Shown here one piece after another: positions 59,084-64,000 of a stretch of DNA of 64,000 nucleotides. Origin of the DNA: Octopus sinensis (taxonomy: Eukaryota); the NCBI RefSeq assembly GCF_006345805.1, contig NW_021832868.1, forward strand, positions 28,793 to 92,792, written 5' to 3'. Numbering within the stretch: position 1 is the stretch's first letter; each line of letters opens with the position of its first letter. The notes below the pieces were generated by a model. That model worked only from the letters and a program-made list of their open reading frames with translations, was not told the origin of the DNA and searched no databases. A program made the position numbers and the translations under genes.

Positions 59084-59400
59084 GTGATATACTTTTTGTC
59101 TCATGATAAATTGACACTCAAAAAACGGCTCAAAATTCCTCCTCATAAACTTGAAAAATGGTTCTTGAAAGTGAACACGGACAAAACGGAGTATGTAACA
59201 ATCAACCGAGCAAGTCCATACTTTTGTATAACGGAGGAATATGGGAGTGCATCTGAGTCTCAACCAAAATATCTCAATGCGTTCTACAGAAGACAGTTAA
59301 GACTTCTTATTGGCATCAGAACCTAAAACAGTAGGCCCGCCACTGTGGACATTACTAAAACTCTCTGGGGCCTATTCGGGCACATACTAAGGCTCGAGAC
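59084..59400 (+). pseudogene. RTE-like LINE fragment
   Basis: LKVNTDKTE, FYRRQLR, LFGHILRL. Confidence 0.6.
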
Positions 59401-59912
59401 AGATGCTTACGCTTTTTACCTCAAGTTATTCCATGTCACATGTGCCGTTCATTTATTACACAATTGTTGTGAGAAAATAAAAGACTCTTATCCTGAAACT
59501 GATTTAATGATAGCTACTGTACAAGCTGCAATTGACAAAAACTAATATTCAAAGACAGAAACATCGCCATTCCACCTAGTGTGCATTTGACAAGATGGTG
59601 GTCCTGGCTTAAAATCACTACATGCTATTTAGAATATCTGATCTGAGTTCAAAATATTTTCGAACCATTCGCGGGTGATGGATATCTATTCGAACAGCTA
59701 AAGAAAGTGTCAAAAACCACGTGTTAGTTAGCAGTCTATGTGACCTTGAAGATTCCAGGTTTCCAAATAATGTCGCTATTGCAGATATTATTACGAAATT
59801 TGAAAGTACGGGTCTTACAGTTGAACAAGCATATGATGGTTTAGAATCGTTGGAATTTGGAAATGACAAAAAATTTATTAAAGAATACATAAATAAAAGG
59901 CTTCAAAAATGA
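59400..59912 (+). pseudogene. hAT-like DDE transposase fragment
   Basis: HVTCAVHLLHNCCE resembles the hAT CxxH motif. Confidence 0.45.
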
Positions 59913-60394
59913 TATTTTAAACATAATTAAAATGGACAATTCACACATATCTCCTGCCGAGTATTCATTATTTCTGAATTCAGTCAACTTTGTGCTCGGT
60001 TGAATGATGTTTCTTTAAAATAAAGACTTTTTTAAGATCCAACAGAAATTTTCTCCCAGAAAATTTAGAAAATTATGTAATTTGTATGTGTAACAGAACA
60101 GAAAGGTTTATTTTCTAAATTACAAACTCGTCATTAACTAATTCAAAGAGAAAATGAAAGAACCAAAAAGAAGCCAAGGAAAAAGAACCGAGATTGTTTG
60201 GCTGATTGGGGCAGACTGAAATGAGACACCACATGTCCCTTTAACTAAAGAAAAATTGTCCCAATTATCACTATTTGCTTATTTGATGCAATAGTTTACC
60301 AATGGATCGGACAGATCCTTTCAATTTTGTGGTTAATTTAGATTTTAAATCCAAACTATACGCCAATTTGATTGCAAATCTCCGTGTACTAAGG

Positions 60395-60460
60395 CAGGTG
60401 TTCTCAACCGGAGGCGAATCGCCCCCCTAGGGGCGAAAATTTTGTACAGGGGGGCGATAA
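60395..60460 (+). mobile_element. hAT-type left terminus
   Basis: CAGGTGTTCTCAACC followed by GC-rich GGGGGCGA subterminal repeats. Confidence 0.55.
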
Positions 60461-60896
60461 TATATTTAATAAAAAATAAAATTTATATTTATTAAAAATT
60501 GTTTAATTAGAATATTTTTAATGGAAAGCCTAATAATTTAGAGCACGCTATACACGTAGTTTAGTTTTTTGTCGTTTTTATGTTTTTCTATATTGGTTTA
60601 TTTCAATTGATTATGAAGGAATAATTCTTATGAACTTTAATTTTGTCATTATACAGTTTTAAATTTAATCATTTTTATATTTTATTTCGATTTATTCCTT
60701 TCAAGTCAATTTCTATTAAAATTTATTAATATTTGCCTTTTTATATTTTAATATGTCACATGCACAACGCGCCCTGAGCGCACATTATTGATTCGCTAAT
60801 AAATAATGATTGATAACCATATAAGTGTATACAAAAGATCAGCACCAGAGGAAAAAATTCTGCCAAAACTTTTATACTGAAATAATAAAATATAAT

Positions 60897-62059
60897 AGTC
60901 ACAGACCAGACGTGAGTCACGCCGGACGTGAGTCACTTGGTCAGATTTTGGATATTTTTATATTTTCTATATAATAAAATCATTCAAAAATCACAATTTC
61001 TTAATTAATATTATATATTATTGTATTTTATTTTTAAATTTTGCACGTTATCAAATGTTTCTAATTACACTATCACAAGAGGATTTATTGAAAATAAACT
61101 TTTAAACAATTTAGATCATTTGATGACGGAATCAGTAGAAGAGAACGTTTTAGATTACGTAGGATGTTTTAGATTACGTAAAGAATTACGTAGAATTAGC
61201 GACCTAAAAACTTTTGAACATTTGAAGGATATTGCAGTTGATTCGAAAGAGAATGAATATCCGAACTATTGGATTCATTTCTTAAAATAGATTTGAAACA
61301 TGTAAATTTATTTTTGTAAGCTGAACACGGCTAACTTAAATTGAATGATACACTATTGCTCGTACAAAAATCTATGCAGACATATGTTAGCTCTATTTAA
61401 ACACACAATGAGGTTAATCAATTGTATCTAGGGTTAGGGTAAGAATTAGGGTTAGAGTTAGGGTTGGCGTTAGGGTTAGGGTTGGCGTTAGGGTTGGGGT
61501 TAGGGTTGGCGTTAGGGTTGGCGTTAGGGTTGGGGTTAGGGTTAGGGTTGGCGTGCGGGCGAAAAAATGAAAAAAAGGAGAAGATGGAGATTTGATGAAG
61601 AGGAAATATCATTTGGAGATTACGCACTTTTACGGATGGATCAAGATATAAATGAAAACACGAGAAAATATCCTCTGTATGATCAGATAGATACATCTGC
61701 ATACAGAGTGATAAAACAGGACGGAGGCACATTAGACTTAGAAAATGAGGAGGGTGATATTATTGAGAAAGTACATTTTAGTCGGCTAAGGAAATTAAAA
61801 AAATAATTTTTTATATTTTAAAATTGTTTCTAAATAAAAAAAATTTAAGTTAATCGATAAAACGTTATGTCGGGTCAAAAATGCGTTATGTTTGTTTTTT
61901 GTGGGGGAATAATATGAACTTTTATCCAAAAAAAGACATAAAAAACACTAATATGGTATAATTGGAGTAAGGTATATCTATTTAGTTATTTTTTATTTAT
62001 TTTTATAAATTTTTAAAAAGTGACTCACGTCCGGCGTGACGCACGTCTGGACTGTGACA
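60897..62059 (+). mobile_element. Inner non-autonomous Ginger-like TIR element
   Basis: ~41-bp TIR GTCACAG(A/T)CCAGACGTG(A/C)GTCACGCCGGACGTGAGTCACTT; TAAT(A) on both sides; integrase-type C-terminal remnant 61567-61806. Confidence 0.85.
61428..61553 (+). repeat. Interstitial TTAGGG-like array (21 hexamers; 11 perfect, with TTGGCG, TTGGGG and TTAGAG variants)
   Basis: Direct reading of the sequence. Confidence 0.9.
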
Positions 62060-63439
62060 TAATATAAGGTTAAAATTAGTTTATAAATTTAATATTGTAG
62101 TTATTTTTAATTTTATTATCTATTATCTGTTTTTATGTCATTTAATACAAATACAAAAAAGATGATTCGTTATGCTACTGGAACTTGAATTTTTATTAAG
62201 TTCTTACCTTTTTTACAAAAAGTTTCACACTGCGATATCGGTGTTTAACTCTCAAATTGAAACAAATTTTTATTAAAAATTCAAAAAATTAATTAATTTT
62301 CTTTTTAAGCCGATGAATTTGAATTTTATCTTTTGAGCCATCTTTTTTCTCAATCTCAGCATAGTTATTTGAAAAAATCTGAACAATTTTAACCGGAGAA
62401 TCATATGGACTTTCAAATTTATTTAATTATAGTGAAGGATTCGTTCCAAAATCCTTTTTTATTCGGACCTATATTTATAAATTTTTATACAAAACCATAT
62501 CTCCCAATTTAAAATCATTTTTATTTCGATGAACAGACATTTTTTTATTCATTCTACGATAATAAGGTGAGTTGATATCGATTGGTCTGAAATTTATTTT
62601 AAATTTCGACGATTCAATGTTATTAGACGTTTTTAAACTTGTTTCATCAAAAAATTTGACGATTATTTAATACCTTGGGTTGCACAAATTTTGCTAAACT
62701 CTTCTTCGAATTGTTGGAATCGTTCATGTTCGGCATTTTCTAAATCAGTTCGGCATTTTCTAGAAATTCTGTATCATGGTCCTTTAAAGGTCCAGAAAAG
62801 CGGCAAATGTCACATTTGATAACAACATCACGGACGATTTCACGTTTAATAAAAAAAATCTTTGCCTACACAATCTCTCAAGTTTATTTTGACAGGAATG
62901 GCTAACTTCGTGAATTCTTTGACAAAGTCTTCTCATTTTTTAATGATCATCAGAAGTAATAACTAATTTGTGACTCCCGTTTTCAACACGATAATAAAGG
63001 CAGTCATTTAATAGTATAAAAGATTTTGACTTGGTCAAAAGCCTTCTTTCCTGATATCTATTTCTTGTCTTTACATTGATCCCTTGGAGAATCGACTTGA
63101 TTTGATCATATTCGTTGTTATTTCTTATATAACTTTTTTTGTTTTGGAAAACCAAACGTGAACAATCCATAGTATATAGCGTGCGTAATATTTAATTAAA
63201 ATTTGATGAAAAAAAGATATTAACAAATTAATAAATATATTATAATATTTTTAAAGTGCCATTTGTGTCATTATATTCAATAATTTCGAAAAAATTTATA
63301 AAAATTACAATATGACTAATCAATAATGTGCGCTCGGGGCGTAGTGCGCGTTGTGCATGCGACATAATATGACTTGATAATCATAATATTTATGAAACTC
63401 GAAATTTTCAGAACACGTCAACATAATTTTTTGTTATTA

Positions 63440-64000
63440 AGTTCGTTTTATTGACCAGTATGAAAGACAACTAGAATCGTTGTTAAAGGAATTTCAAGAA
63501 AGATTTAATGATTTTTCGTCTTTTGAACAACAATTTTCATTATTCGCATCATCATTCTCTTTTAATGTTACCAATGCAGATGAAAGTTTACAAATGGAAC
63601 TATTGGAAATCCAATCAGAAGAGATAATTTCACCAAAAAATGATATATTCTATTTGAATTGGATTTTTACAAAATTTAATGAAATTACTATTCTTCTTCA
63701 AGGAAATTTTGTCAACATGATTGATTGCAAAAGAATAATGAAAACATTTGCAAAAAAATTATTGCTTTATTGACATAATTTTTCTATAAATCAGTTTGGA
63801 AACATTTCACAACTATCTGAGATAAGTAAATATTTTAGTCAAAACAATATTATGACATATTGTCAACATTTGACGGAACTAGAAGCGGATATATCTCTTA
63901 GATTCAAAGATTTGTTTGATTTGGAATTTGAAGCATGGATGATTGATCCGTTTTCATGTGTGCCAGAAGATATGAACGAAACAATCCAAGAAGAGATAAT
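63440..64000 (+). pseudogene. hAT Buster-type (ZBED5/SCAND3-like) transposase C-terminal fragments
   Basis: EFQERFNDF, FTKFNEITILLQG, YCQHL..L..D...RFKDL, W..DPF, IQEEI. Confidence 0.7.

Larger units (their letters stand above)
60754..63364 (-). mobile_element. Outer Ginger-like TIR element (TGT..ACA ends, TAATA duplication, decayed integrase ~62400-63170)
   Basis: ~40-47-bp imperfect TIR TGTC(A/G)CATGCACAACGCGC..GAGCGCACATTATTGATT; TAATA at 60749-60753 and 63365-63369. Confidence 0.85.

Noticed and set aside
61418-61732. NPNA-repeat ORF as a circumsporozoite-like gene
   Set aside because: The frame is simply the reverse of the TTAGGG-like array inside a transposon; no signal peptide or flanking domains.

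Overview
AT-rich eukaryotic window, most likely from an animal with ultra-short introns: a complete CPT1 gene at 53614-56386 has 17 introns, 16 of them 19-29 nt. The first ~44 kb is a rearranged cluster of divergent core-histone genes (H2A, H4, H2B and 5' stubs of H3). It is densely colonised by three GC-richer APE-RT non-LTR retrotransposon families, here called A, B and C; A and B are close relatives. The main observation is that these LINEs are tied to histone genes at both ends. Five of seven visible 3' ends sit 10-80 nt upstream of a histone ATG in the same orientation. The untruncated 5' ends begin with histone coding sequence: ORF1 is in frame with H3 codons 1-28 (A) or H4 codons 1-50 (B), and C starts with H2B-derived sequence. 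Decayed relics of other histone tails are also embedded in the ORF1 N-termini. The remaining ~20 kb is a transposon graveyard (pogo/Tigger, hAT, Ginger-like integrase elements with TIRs and TSDs, CRE-, RTE- and Jockey-like fragments) plus an interstitial TTAGGG-like array. Many frameshifts are single-base homopolymer indels that differ between near-identical copies and may be assembly errors. No database search was run; family names come from recognised motifs.
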